64,000 bases of DNA from a phage. The stretch's first letter is position 1. Each line of letters begins with the position of its first letter. Positions 56,667 through 63,556 of the stretch are shown here, piece by piece. A program made the translations under genes and the position numbers. Where the stretch lies: sequence record PZ386963.1. One strand, 5' to 3'. The notes below the pieces were generated by a model. The model searched no databases and was not told the origin of the DNA. It saw only the letters and a program-made list of their open reading frames with translations.

Positions 56667-58082
56667 ATGAGCGAATTATTTAAACATGCGCACCTTCATG
56701 CAGGTCGAACTGAAAATGGTGCTGTAAACCATACTTCATCAATGTCTGCTCTTGTAGACTTTTACAAAGCTGCTGGTTCAAGCCGTAGCAACGTAGAAAT
56801 CTTACCAGACCTGTTCTATAAAGCTTTGCGTGAGGATGTTGATGTTGCAGTTCGTATTTTACTGCATATGCGAGATGTACGAGAAGGTATGGGTGAGCGT
56901 AAAGCCTTCAGAACTGTTTTGCTTCAAGCAATTGAAGATAAAGTTTTAGAGCCTACACAGGTTCTTCGCATTATGGATAAGATTGCAGAACTTGGTCGTT
57001 TTGATGACTTCAAAATCTTCGCAGGTACTCGTTTCGAGACAGATGCCTTCAAACATTTAGAAGCAGCATTACTAGACCCTGCAACAGCAGGTTTGGCAGC
57101 CAAGTGGTTACCACGAGTCAAACCACGTCACAAACAGTTTGTAAAACGTTTCTGCAAGTTTGCCAACTTGAGTGAGAAAGAGTACCGCACACTGTTGTCT
57201 GCACTATCTGATACAGTTGAGCAAAAAATCTCTGCTAATGAGTTTGGTAAGATTGATTACAGTAAGATTCCTTCACTTGCTGCTGCACGTTACCAAAAGC
57301 TGTTTAACCGCAAAGATGGAGAACGCTACAAAGCTTACATCGAGTCTTTATCAAAGGGTGAGACTAAGATTAATGCTGGTGCTGTTTACCCATACGATGT
57401 GATTAAGTCTGTTAAGTATGGTAATGCAGATGTTGCTAATGAGCAATGGAAAGCACTACCAAACTGGATGGCAGAGGGTGAAAACATTCTATGTATGTCT
57501 GATGTTTCATGTTCAATGTCTTGGGTGAATTTTGGCTCCATTACTGCTCTGGATATTGGTGTATCACTTGCATTGTATGTAGCAGAACGCAATACAGGTT
57601 GCTTTAAAAATGAGTTGATGGTTTATTCAACAAACCCTCACTTCATCGAACTGAGTGGTGATTTACGAAATCGCCATCGTCAGGTGATGCGACACGTTGA
57701 ATATGGTTCAACTAACTTACAAGCAGCTTTTGACCGTATTCTTGAGACAGGTAAAAGAAACAACTTGACTCAGAAAGATATGCCAAGTAAGCTTATCATC
57801 TTCTCCGATATGGAGTTCAATCAGGTTGATGGAGCTAACGGTCGTACAAACTTTGAAGCAATTCAGAGTAAGTACAAAAAAGCTGGATATGAGATGCCAC
57901 AACTGGTATTCTGGTACTTAGCAAACCGTAATGGTACTTGCGAAGTATCTGTTAAGGATAACGGTGTAGCAATGGTATCTGGTTTCTCCCCAGCCACTTT
58001 AAAAGCTCTGCTTGGTGGTGAGAAGTTTGACCCAATCAGCGTAATGCTCAAAGCAGTAATGATTGACCGTTATATCTGGTAA
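56667..58082 (+). CDS. vWA-domain protein with N-terminal helical domain (TROVE/Ro60-like or DUF2828-like architecture)
   Basis: MIDAS-like DVSCSMS (DxSxS) with downstream conserved Thr/Asp positions; 471 aa; directly upstream of tRNA cluster. Confidence 0.5.
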   Translation: MSELFKHAHLHAGRTENGAVNHTSSMSALVDFYKAAGSSRSNVEILPDLFYKALREDVDVAVRILLHMRDVREGMGERKAFRTVLLQAIEDKVLEPTQVLRIMDKIAELGRFDDFKIFAGTRFETDAFKHLEAALLDPATAGLAAKWLPRVKPRHKQFVKRFCKFANLSEKEYRTLLSALSDTVEQKISANEFGKIDYSKIPSLAAARYQKLFNRKDGERYKAYIESLSKGETKINAGAVYPYDVIKSVKYGNADVANEQWKALPNWMAEGENILCMSDVSCSMSWVNFGSITALDIGVSLALYVAERNTGCFKNELMVYSTNPHFIELSGDLRNRHRQVMRHVEYGSTNLQAAFDRILETGKRNNLTQKDMPSKLIIFSDMEFNQVDGANGRTNFEAIQSKYKKAGYEMPQLVFWYLANRNGTCEVSVKDNGVAMVSGFSPATLKALLGGEKFDPISVMLKAVMIDRYIW

Positions 58083-58101
58083 AAAAGTTTTAAAAAGGGT
58101 A

Positions 58102-58130
58102 TTGACAATATGTTTGATACCCTTTAATAT
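58102..58130 (+). promoter_or_regulatory. Sigma70-like promoter flanked by an 8-bp perfect inverted repeat
   Basis: TTGACA-17-TAATAT; AAGGGTAT...ATACCCTT straddles the -35 and spacer. Confidence 0.5.
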
Positions 58131-58192
58131 GTTCTACATAGAAACGAAACGAGAGCTTTTCTAAGATACTGAAAAATATTTTAAAAAAGTTC

Positions 58193-58222
58193 TTGACAAC
58201 CACTAAAAAATAATGTTAAAGT
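58193..58222 (+). promoter_or_regulatory. Sigma70-like promoter ~27 nt upstream of first tRNA
   Basis: TTGACA-18-TAAAGT. Confidence 0.45.
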
Positions 58223-58248
58223 GGTTACATAGAGTTTGAAAAGTTTAT

Positions 58249-58325
58249 CTCTGTTTAGCTCAGCTTGGTAGAGCGTTCCGTTTGGGGCGGTAAGGCCGGA
58301 GGTTCAAGTCCTCCAACAGAGACCA
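58249..58325 (+). tRNA. tRNA-Pro (anticodon TGG), CCA encoded
   Basis: Cloverleaf by eye: acceptor CTCTGTT/AACAGAG, D-arm GCTC/GAGC, loop TTTGGGG, T-loop TTCAAGT. Confidence 0.7.
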
Positions 58326-58332
58326 AATTAAT

Positions 58333-58410
58333 GTTCCAGTAGACAAAATGGTAAAGTCACCACTCTTTCAAAGTGGATATCTGAGGGTTCAAATCCCTTC
58401 TGGAACGCCA
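58333..58410 (+). tRNA. tRNA-Glu (anticodon TTC), CCA encoded
   Basis: Acceptor GTTCCAG/CTGGAAC, anticodon stem CCACT/AGTGG, loop CTTTCAA. Confidence 0.65.
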
Positions 58411-58416
58411 GTTTTG

Positions 58417-58492
58417 ACAGAAGACCAATTACAGCAAACTTAATCTTATTCATCTGAAGGTAAATCGGACAAAGAAGAGATTTGGTCTGGTC
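58417..58492 (+). ncRNA. Conserved inter-tRNA hairpin element, copy 1 (candidate small RNA or processing signal)
   Basis: ACAGAAGACCAATTACAGCAA at 5' end pairs with TTGGTCTGG at 3' end. Confidence 0.35.
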
Positions 58493-58502
58493 ATTAAGAA
58501 TT

Positions 58503-58578
58503 GCGGGTATAGAGAAAGGGCGTCTCACATGTCTCATTAGCATGGTATCGGCAGGTTCGACTCCTGCACCCGCCTCCA
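58503..58578 (+). tRNA. tRNA-Met/Ile2 (anticodon CAT) with unpaired position 1-72
   Basis: D-stem GAGA/TCTC, anticodon stem CATGT/GCATG, loop CTCATTA, T-arm GCAGG/CCTGC. Confidence 0.55.
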
Positions 58579-58583
58579 AATTT

Positions 58584-58650
58584 ACAGAAGACCGTTTACA
58601 GCAATATTTATTAAATTTTTAGCGGAAAAATTGAAAGATACGGTCTGGTA
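58584..58650 (+). ncRNA. Conserved inter-tRNA hairpin element, copy 2
   Basis: ACAGAAGACCGTTTACAGCAA ... ACGGTCTGG. Confidence 0.35.
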
Positions 58651-58661
58651 ATACTAAACAT

Positions 58662-58738
58662 GGTTAGGAAGCACATAAGGTATGTGCGGTCGCCTGTTAA
58701 GCGAATGGCACAGGGTTCGAATCCCTGACTAACCGCCA
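58662..58738 (+). tRNA. tRNA-Asn (anticodon GTT)
   Basis: D-stem GCAC/GTGC, loop CTGTTAA, T-arm CAGGG/CCCTG, 3' end ACTAACC-G-CCA. Confidence 0.65.
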
Positions 58739-58807
58739 AATTTAGGAGAGAAGCGATTGCTCACCGATTTGTAAGGTGCAAGTCCTTAGCCTGAATAGAA
58801 ATTAAAT

Positions 58808-58895
58808 GTGTCGTTATCCCGTAGATGGTAGCGGTGGGGACTGTAAATCCCTTGTCATTGAGACTCGGTAGGTTCGACTCCTACACGGCACACCA
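58808..58895 (+). tRNA. tRNA-Tyr (anticodon GTA), long variable arm
   Basis: Acceptor GTGTCGT/ACGGCAC, loop CTGTAAA, 15-nt variable arm, T-loop TTCGACT. Confidence 0.65.
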
Positions 58896-58900
58896 ATAAA

Positions 58901-58978
58901 GGTTATGTAGTTTAATTTGGTTAAAATACTCCCCTGTCACGGGAGATGATGAGGGTTCAAATCCCTTCGTAACCGCCA
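58901..58978 (+). tRNA. tRNA-Asp (anticodon GTC)
   Basis: Acceptor GGTTATG/CGTAACC, anticodon stem CTCCC/GGGAG, loop CTGTCAC. Confidence 0.65.
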
Positions 58979-59038
58979 ATTTTGAGAGGGCTATTTAGCC
59001 CCTCCCTTAAAGAGTTCTTACGAGTATTCTTTAAAGGA

Positions 59039-59113
59039 GCAGAAGACCAAATACAGCAAGTTACTTAAAATTTCAAGCCAATTTAATTTTGAAAAATTTA
59101 AAACTTGGTCTGG
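59039..59113 (+). ncRNA. Conserved inter-tRNA hairpin element, copy 3
   Basis: CAGAAGACCAAATACAGCAA ... TTGGTCTGG. Confidence 0.35.
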
Positions 59114-59125
59114 CTCAACAAATTT

Positions 59126-59258
59126 ACAGAAGACCGTTTACAGCAAAACTTAAACAATCTATTTCTCGGTAAAGAAAAGGTGAAGGTTCGATTCCTTCAC
59201 TCGGCAGATGTCGAGTTGGTGTAATGGTAGCACTTAAGATGATAAACAACGTTCTGGT
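59126..59258 (+). ncRNA. Conserved element copy 4 containing tRNA-like T-arm and D-arm fragments
   Basis: ACAGAAGACCGTTTACAGCAA ... GAAGGTTCGATTCCTTC ... GTTGGTGTAATGGTAGCAC ... AACGTTCTGG. Confidence 0.3.
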
Positions 59259-59402
59259 AATTATCTTTGTAGATAAGTTATTAAGCTTACCTGTGAGTAT
59301 GCGACCACAAAGGGTGAAAGGGTAAATTCTAGATTTAAACCCAAAAAGGCACATCGCTACAGACCTTAAGCAAGTCTGGGTAGCTTATCTACAAAGATAA
59401 TT
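59257..59402 (+). ncRNA. Candidate structured RNA closed by a 17-bp long-range inverted repeat
   Basis: TTATCTTTGTAGATAAG (59261-59277) is the exact reverse complement of CTTATCTACAAAGATAA (59386-59402), enclosing ~108 nt. Confidence 0.35.
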
Positions 59403-59406
59403 TAAT

Positions 59407-59482
59407 GGAAGTGTAGCAGAATGGTGATGCGGCAGACTTTTAATCTGACAGGCGATGGGTTCGAATCCCTCCACTTCTACCA
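59407..59482 (+). tRNA. tRNA-Lys (anticodon TTT), weak T-stem
   Basis: Acceptor GGAAGTG/CACTTCT, loop CTTTTAA, T-loop TTCGAAT; two T-stem mismatches. Confidence 0.55.
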
Positions 59483-59486
59483 AAAT

Positions 59487-59563
59487 GGTTCAGTCGCAGA
59501 TAAGGTAATGCAAGGGTCTCATAAGCCCTATGAATGTGGGTTCGAATCCCATCTGAACCTCCA
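59487..59563 (+). tRNA. tRNA-Met/Ile2 (anticodon CAT)
   Basis: Acceptor GGTTCAG/CTGAACC, anticodon stem AGGGT/GCCCT, loop CTCATAA. Confidence 0.65.
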
Positions 59564-59565
59564 AT

Positions 59566-59640
59566 TGTGGGTTAGCATAAATGGTAATGCAAACGGCTGA
59601 TAACCGTTAGAAGAGGGTTCGATACCCTCACCTACAACCA
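59566..59640 (+). tRNA. tRNA-Ile (anticodon GAT)
   Basis: Acceptor TGTGGGT/ACCTACA, anticodon stem AACGG/CCGTT, loop CTGATAA. Confidence 0.6.
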
Positions 59641-59655
59641 ATTTCAATAAAGTTG

Positions 59656-59684
59656 TTGACATTGAAATGTGACTACTTTATAGT
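59656..59684 (+). promoter_or_regulatory. Sigma70-like promoter inside the tRNA cluster
   Basis: TTGACA-17-TATAGT; flanked by ATTTCAA/TTGAAAT inverted repeat. Confidence 0.5.
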
Positions 59685-59977
59685 AACTAAAATACTTCAT
59701 AATATGTATAATTCAAACACCAATACATGAGCGTTAGACGTAACACAATGTGGGGAAATTTGTTGTACATATTCTGAATAGTTTTCGTTGCGTAGCGTCT
59801 ATTTTGCAAATTTAAAATAAATGCAAACGACAATGTTTTTCTGGCAGTAGCTTGATAGGCTAAACACCAGTGAGGTCTTCCAATCCCTCATCAAAGAATT
59901 TGGCGTACTCGCCCACGGTATGATTAATAAGGTGGGCATCTTTAAGGGCTTTCTAAGAGAGTCTTTAAAGATAATTA

Positions 59978-60059
59978 CGGGGCGTATCTCAGCGGTCTTC
60001 TAAACCGCCGTTAACCGAGTAAGTGGAGTATGCGGGTTCGAGTCCTGCCGCCTCGACCA
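59978..60059 (+). tRNA. Atypical tRNA-like gene (possible Arg, anticodon TCT); D-arm not resolvable
   Basis: Acceptor CGGGGCG/CGCCTCG, stem-loop GCGGT-CTTCTAA-ACCGC, T-arm GCGGG/CCTGC, CCA encoded. Confidence 0.4.
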
Positions 60060-60202
60060 ATTTAGTTAGCAGATTACTTAGACGACCTAAGCGGGTCTTC
60101 CTGTAGGGAGGTGGTCTGTATCTCATGTTTTCCAGAACATGTAAATAATCTGAGAAGGGGCTTTACAGTGTTGAGATAATACGGTAAGCTTCGAATTATA
60201 GT

Positions 60203-60285
60203 ATGGGACGATGTTAAGACTCTAAGGCATGAGCAACGGCCTCCAAAACCGTTTCAAAGGGGTTCAACTCCTCCGTCCCATGCCA
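60203..60285 (+). tRNA. Atypical tRNA-like gene with Trp anticodon arm (CCA); ~7 extra nt between acceptor and D-arm
   Basis: Perfect acceptor ATGGGAC/GTCCCAT, D-arm CTC/GAG, loop CTCCAAA, T-loop TTCAACT. Confidence 0.45.
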
Positions 60286-60298
60286 AAGTCTTATTATG

Positions 60299-60388
60299 GG
60301 TAGGTAGCGGCTAATGGTAGCCAAACTGTCTTGAAAACAGTTGCCACTGTAGAGATACGGTGAGGGTTCGACTCCTTTACTTACCGCC
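60299..60388 (+). tRNA. tRNA-Ser (anticodon TGA), long variable arm
   Basis: Acceptor GGTAGGT/ACTTACC, anticodon stem ACTGT/ACAGT, loop CTTGAAA, 20-nt variable arm. Confidence 0.65.
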
Positions 60389-60543
60389 TAATAAGATTTT
60401 AAAGCCAAGCTTCATTCGGATGTTGCTTTGGTATCCCTCGTGTATTGTCGTACACACTGATAAAGCACCTAGTAGGTGTCACGGAGAAGAGATAATATCA
60501 AGCTCTCCAAAGGTTCTAGTCACCGGATTAAACAAGACTATGC

Positions 60544-60566
60544 AAAGACCTTTTTAGGTCTTTTTA
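60544..60566 (+). terminator. Rho-independent terminator-like hairpin within tRNA cluster
   Basis: AGACC-TTTTTA-GGTCT followed by TTTTT. Confidence 0.5.
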
Positions 60567-60644
60567 GAGGGCTTCTAAGGTTATTACAGCTTGTTGTGGA
60601 ACCTTGTTGCTTAGGTTCTTAGAAGTTCTCTAAAAAGATTTAAT

Positions 60645-60722
60645 GGGAGATTGATGGTAATTGGTAAACCTACCATCCTTAGAAGTTGGTGTTTGAGGGT
60701 TCGAATCCCTTGTCTCCTACCA
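60645..60722 (+). tRNA. Atypical tRNA (possibly Leu, anticodon TAG; short variable arm)
   Basis: Acceptor GGGAGAT/GTCTCCT with wobble ends, loop CTTAGAA, T-arm GAGGG/CCCTT; D-arm irregular. Confidence 0.45.
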
Positions 60723-60729
60723 AATTAAT

Positions 60730-60805
60730 GCAGGTGTAGCAAAATGGTTATGCGGCTGACTCTTAATCAGTAAGACGACGGGTTCAATTCCCTCCACCTG
60801 TACCA
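60730..60805 (+). tRNA. tRNA-Lys (anticodon CTT)
   Basis: Acceptor GCAGGTG/CACCTGT, D-stem GCA/TGC, anticodon stem GCTGA/TCAGT, loop CTCTTAA. Confidence 0.6.
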
Positions 60806-60811
60806 GACATT

Positions 60812-60887
60812 GGGGTCATAGTTTATATGGTTAAAATTCGAGTTTTGCAAACTTGGGAACTGAGTTCAATTCTCAGTGACTCCACCA
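60812..60887 (+). tRNA. tRNA-Ala (anticodon TGC)
   Basis: Acceptor GGGGTCA/TGACTCC with G3:U70 pair, loop TTTGCAA, T-arm CTGAG/CTCAG. Confidence 0.7.
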
Positions 60888-60893
60888 ATTAGT

Positions 60894-60968
60894 GCATCCA
60901 TAGTTTAAACGGGAAAATTACAGTCTTCCAAACTGAGGTTGAGGGTTCGATTCCCTCTGGATGCTCCA
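60894..60968 (+). tRNA. tRNA-Gly (anticodon TCC)
   Basis: Acceptor GCATCCA/TGGATGC, loop CTTCCAA, T-arm GAGGG/CCCTC. Confidence 0.65.
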
Positions 60969-60974
60969 AACAAT

Positions 60975-61051
60975 GCTGCTTTCGTATAATTGGCTATTAC
61001 ACATCCCTTGTAAGGATGGAGATGCGGGTTCAAGTCCTGTGAGCAGCACCA
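60975..61051 (+). tRNA. tRNA-Thr (anticodon TGT)
   Basis: Acceptor GCTGCTT/GAGCAGC, anticodon stem CATCC/GGATG, loop CTTGTAA. Confidence 0.65.
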
Positions 61052-61146
61052 ATTCAGAGGTCAAGTGAAAGACCGCTGGTGTCAACTGAAGACCGTAACA
61101 AATTCCACGGAGTTGAGTTAGCGGCACAACTTCAGACCTCTTTCAC
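61052..61146 (+). ncRNA. Inter-tRNA spacer with long-range inverted repeat (candidate structured RNA)
   Basis: AGAGGTC (61056-61062) pairs with GACCTCT (61134-61140). Confidence 0.3.
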
Positions 61147-61221
61147 ACTCGCTTAGTTTATATGGTAAAACATCACCCTTACAAGATGAAGAAAAAGGTT
61201 CAAGTCCTTTAGTGAGTACCA
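61147..61221 (+). tRNA. tRNA-Val (anticodon TAC)
   Basis: Acceptor ACTCGCT/AGTGAGT, D-stem GTTT/AAAC, loop CTTACAA, T-arm AAAGG/CCTTT. Confidence 0.6.
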
Positions 61222-61222
61222 T

Positions 61223-61300
61223 GTTCCAGTATCCCAATTGGCAGAGGATGCAAGCTCAAACCTTGTATTAGTGACGGTTCGAATCCGTCTTGGAACACCA
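61223..61300 (+). tRNA. tRNA with anticodon CAA (Leu) but short variable arm
   Basis: Acceptor GTTCCAG/TTGGAAC, anticodon stem GCAAG/CTTGT, loop CTCAAAC, T-arm GACGG/CCGTC. Confidence 0.5.
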
Positions 61301-61305
61301 ATTTT

Positions 61306-61381
61306 GCAGGATTAGTTCAAATGGATAGAGCAACAGTCTACGAAACTGTTAATAGGGGTTCGAATCCCTTATCCTGCGCCA
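61306..61381 (+). tRNA. tRNA-Arg (anticodon ACG)
   Basis: Acceptor GCAGGAT/ATCCTGC, D-arm GTTC/GAGC, anticodon stem ACAGT/ACTGT, loop CTACGAA. Confidence 0.7.
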
Positions 61382-61399
61382 GATAAGCAAGAGGAATTT

Positions 61400-61642
61400 A
61401 TGCAAACATTAACCGTCGTTGAACATGAAAATTCCAATAGTATTGAGTTTGTAAGGGTTCCCACTATAGATACCCACATTTTCTTAAAAGTCGGATGGGA
61501 ATGCGACCCAATAAAAGTAGAAAGATTTATTGGTCATTGCTTTGGTGGAAGACAACTTAAAAGTATCAATTTTGAGACAATGTTACCAGAAAGCTCAGAA
61601 ACAAATAATAATGCTTACCTCCTTACGAGGGTTAGACAATGA
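61400..61642 (+). CDS. Hypothetical protein embedded in tRNA cluster
   Basis: 80 aa behind AAGAGGA RBS. Confidence 0.45.
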   Translation: MQTLTVVEHENSNSIEFVRVPTIDTHIFLKVGWECDPIKVERFIGHCFGGRQLKSINFETMLPESSETNNNAYLLTRVRQ

Positions 61643-62196
61643 GATACTTAAAATATGCTTCATGGATTTTCTTAGCTTTACTAGACCCAATTGCAGCAAT
61701 CCTAGCAGTTATCTTAGCACCTTTCGTAGTTCCATTCTACAGTGAGAAGAAAGGGCATCTACCTTTTGGATTCAGATGGATGGAGACCTATGACAACCCA
61801 ATTGATGGTGATGAAGGTCACGTTAAAAGATGGGCTAAGGTTAGAAAGATTGGTAAGCTGGGTGTCTACATGCAGAGAGTCGGATGGCTCTGGAGAAACA
61901 AAGCTTATAACTTCTCTTACCATGTATTAGGAAGAGATGTAAAAGATGTTACTAAGTGGAAAGGTAATATCAACGTAAGTTCTGACCCTGAAGATAATCA
62001 GACAGGTTATCTCCTAATGTGGAACAACAATGCTTGGGGATTATTCGCTTTTATTCCGTCAATTAAAGTCTTTGGTAAACAGTTTTACTGGAGAATCTAT
62101 GTTGGATGGAAACTAAAAAGTGTTGTCCCAGAAGAAAGAGCATTCTCAAGGGAAAGAGTTATGTTGGCATTCTTTATTCATCCACTGAGAAAGTAA
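61639..62196 (+). CDS. Membrane-anchored hypothetical protein embedded in tRNA cluster
   Basis: 185 aa, hydrophobic N-terminal ~30 aa, Trp-rich; ATGA overlap with previous gene. Confidence 0.45.
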   Translation: MRYLKYASWIFLALLDPIAAILAVILAPFVVPFYSEKKGHLPFGFRWMETYDNPIDGDEGHVKRWAKVRKIGKLGVYMQRVGWLWRNKAYNFSYHVLGRDVKDVTKWKGNINVSSDPEDNQTGYLLMWNNNAWGLFAFIPSIKVFGKQFYWRIYVGWKLKSVVPEERAFSRERVMLAFFIHPLRK

Positions 62197-62204
62197 AGAT
62201 TTAA

Positions 62205-62280
62205 AGGGGATTAGTTTACAAGGTTAAAACCTCGGTCTTTGAAATCGAAGAAGTTGGTTCAATTCCAACATCCCCCGCCA
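62205..62280 (+). tRNA. tRNA-Gln (anticodon TTG), position 1-72 unpaired
   Basis: D-stem GTTT/AAAC, anticodon stem TCGGT/ATCGA, loop CTTTGAA, T-arm GTTGG/CCAAC. Confidence 0.6.
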
Positions 62281-62282
62281 AT

Positions 62283-62361
62283 GCTCCATTACTCCAATTG
62301 GCAGAGAGGCCAGACTTAAAATCTGTGTTATGTATCGGTTCGAATCCGATATGGAGTACCA
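62283..62361 (+). tRNA. tRNA with anticodon TAA (Leu), short variable arm
   Basis: Acceptor GCTCCAT/ATGGAGT, loop CTTAAAA, T-arm ATCGG/CCGAT. Confidence 0.5.
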
Positions 62362-62366
62362 AATTT

Positions 62367-62442
62367 AGCGGTATAGCATAACTGGCAATGCAGCAGTCTC
62401 TGAAGCTGTCCTATTAAGGTTCAAATCCTTATGCCGCTGCCA
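62367..62442 (+). tRNA. tRNA-Gln (anticodon CTG)
   Basis: Acceptor AGCGGTA/TGCCGCT, D-arm GCAT/ATGC, loop CTCTGAA, T-arm TAAGG/CCTTA. Confidence 0.6.
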
Positions 62443-62473
62443 CTTCTAAGGGTTCTTACGAGAGTCCTTAAAT

Positions 62474-62549
62474 GTGGCCTTATCATAAATGGTAATGACC
62501 CATGCTGTGAACATGGTCTATACGGGTTCAAATCCCGTAGGTCACCCCA
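62474..62549 (+). tRNA. tRNA-His (anticodon GTG), discriminator C
   Basis: Acceptor GTGGCCT/AGGTCAC, D-arm TCAT/ATGA, anticodon stem CCATG/CATGG, loop CTGTGAA. Confidence 0.7.
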
Positions 62550-62554
62550 ATTTA

Positions 62555-62631
62555 TAGTCCAAGTAGCTTATATGGTTAAAGCGCGTGTCTGAAAAACATG
62601 AGAAGAGGGTTCAAATCCCACTGGACTACCA
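62555..62631 (+). tRNA. tRNA-Phe (anticodon GAA), irregular acceptor-to-D-arm spacing
   Basis: Acceptor TAGTCCA/TGGACTA, D-stem GCTT/AAGC, loop CTGAAAA, T-loop TTCAAAT. Confidence 0.55.
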
Positions 62632-62647
62632 ATTTCAAAGGTGCTTA

Positions 62648-63382
62648 ATGAAAGAGATGACAGAACAAGGTAAGGAGATTTTTAATCTCTTAAAAACCGG
62701 TAAAGGGTTTTCTAACCCACTTATTACTGGTGCAGCAGTTCTCGGTGGAACCGTAGCTGCCTCTACATCACTTGTAAGCTCTATTAGCTCTGTAACAGAC
62801 CCTACAATGAAGGAGAAGCTTGTTGCTGCTGGACTTACAACAGTCCTTCTAAACAGCTTTACAACAAGCCTGACAAGCACTACAGCAACTACTAAGACCC
62901 TAACAGACTATGGTCAAAAGTCTATTGATGAGTTTTCATCACGTATGCAGGTAGCAAAGGGGTACTCCAATGTTATGGGTGCAGCAGGAGAACAAGTTGG
63001 TTGTACACCATTCAGTGGTATTATGGGTGTTGCTACAGAGTACGGTCAGCAAGCTATTGGCATGATTAACAGCACACTAGACAGTGTTAACGGTGTGTTA
63101 AGTGATTTACAAGACGCTATTGATGAGGGTCTTGATACTGTTTCTGATTTAGCTAATCAGGCTGTTAGTAAGATTAATGAAGGTATCTCAAAGATTACAG
63201 CTTATGCAGATGAAGTTGTGCAGATGATTGAAGAAGAAGCTGCCCTTATTGCAGAGTACCTTAAAACGAATATCAATGGGTTCTTAGCAGGTATCTTACC
63301 AGACTGGTTTGATGATGCTTGTAAAACTGGTGTAATTGACACCATTGCAACACCAGAAATGAAGAGCGCATTACAGAAATAA
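62648..63382 (+). CDS. Ser/Thr-rich hypothetical protein embedded in tRNA cluster
   Basis: ATG at 62648 just after tRNA-Phe; 244 aa with low-complexity S/T segment. Confidence 0.45.
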   Translation: MKEMTEQGKEIFNLLKTGKGFSNPLITGAAVLGGTVAASTSLVSSISSVTDPTMKEKLVAAGLTTVLLNSFTTSLTSTTATTKTLTDYGQKSIDEFSSRMQVAKGYSNVMGAAGEQVGCTPFSGIMGVATEYGQQAIGMINSTLDSVNGVLSDLQDAIDEGLDTVSDLANQAVSKINEGISKITAYADEVVQMIEEEAALIAEYLKTNINGFLAGILPDWFDDACKTGVIDTIATPEMKSALQK

Positions 63383-63383
63383 T

Positions 63384-63476
63384 GGAAGATTAACCCTAAA
63401 AGGTAAGGGAGCAGTTTGCTAAACTGCCAGTAGCTGAGAAATCGGTGTACCAGTTCAAGTCTGGTATCTTCCTCCA
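63384..63476 (+). tRNA. tRNA-Ser (anticodon GCT), long variable arm
   Basis: Acceptor GGAAGAT/ATCTTCC, anticodon stem GCAGT/ACTGC, loop TTGCTAA, T-arm ACCAG/CTGGT. Confidence 0.65.
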
Positions 63477-63480
63477 ATCT

Positions 63481-63556
63481 GAATCCGTGACAGAAATGGA
63501 TATGTGCCTGTCTGCAAAACAGGTTTATAAGGGTTCGAGTCCCTTCGGATTCTCCA
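63481..63556 (+). tRNA. tRNA-Cys (anticodon GCA)
   Basis: Acceptor GAATCCG/CGGATTC, anticodon stem CCTGT/ACAGG, loop CTGCAAA, T-arm AAGGG/CCCTT. Confidence 0.65.

Noticed and set aside
58328-58579. ORF-track CDS (83 aa, minus strand) and similar ORFs at 59124-59354, 60360-60557, 60918-61127 and 63445-63672
   Set aside because: They run antisense or in-frame across tRNA genes and conserved RNA hairpins, have no RBS, and are typical spurious ORFs.
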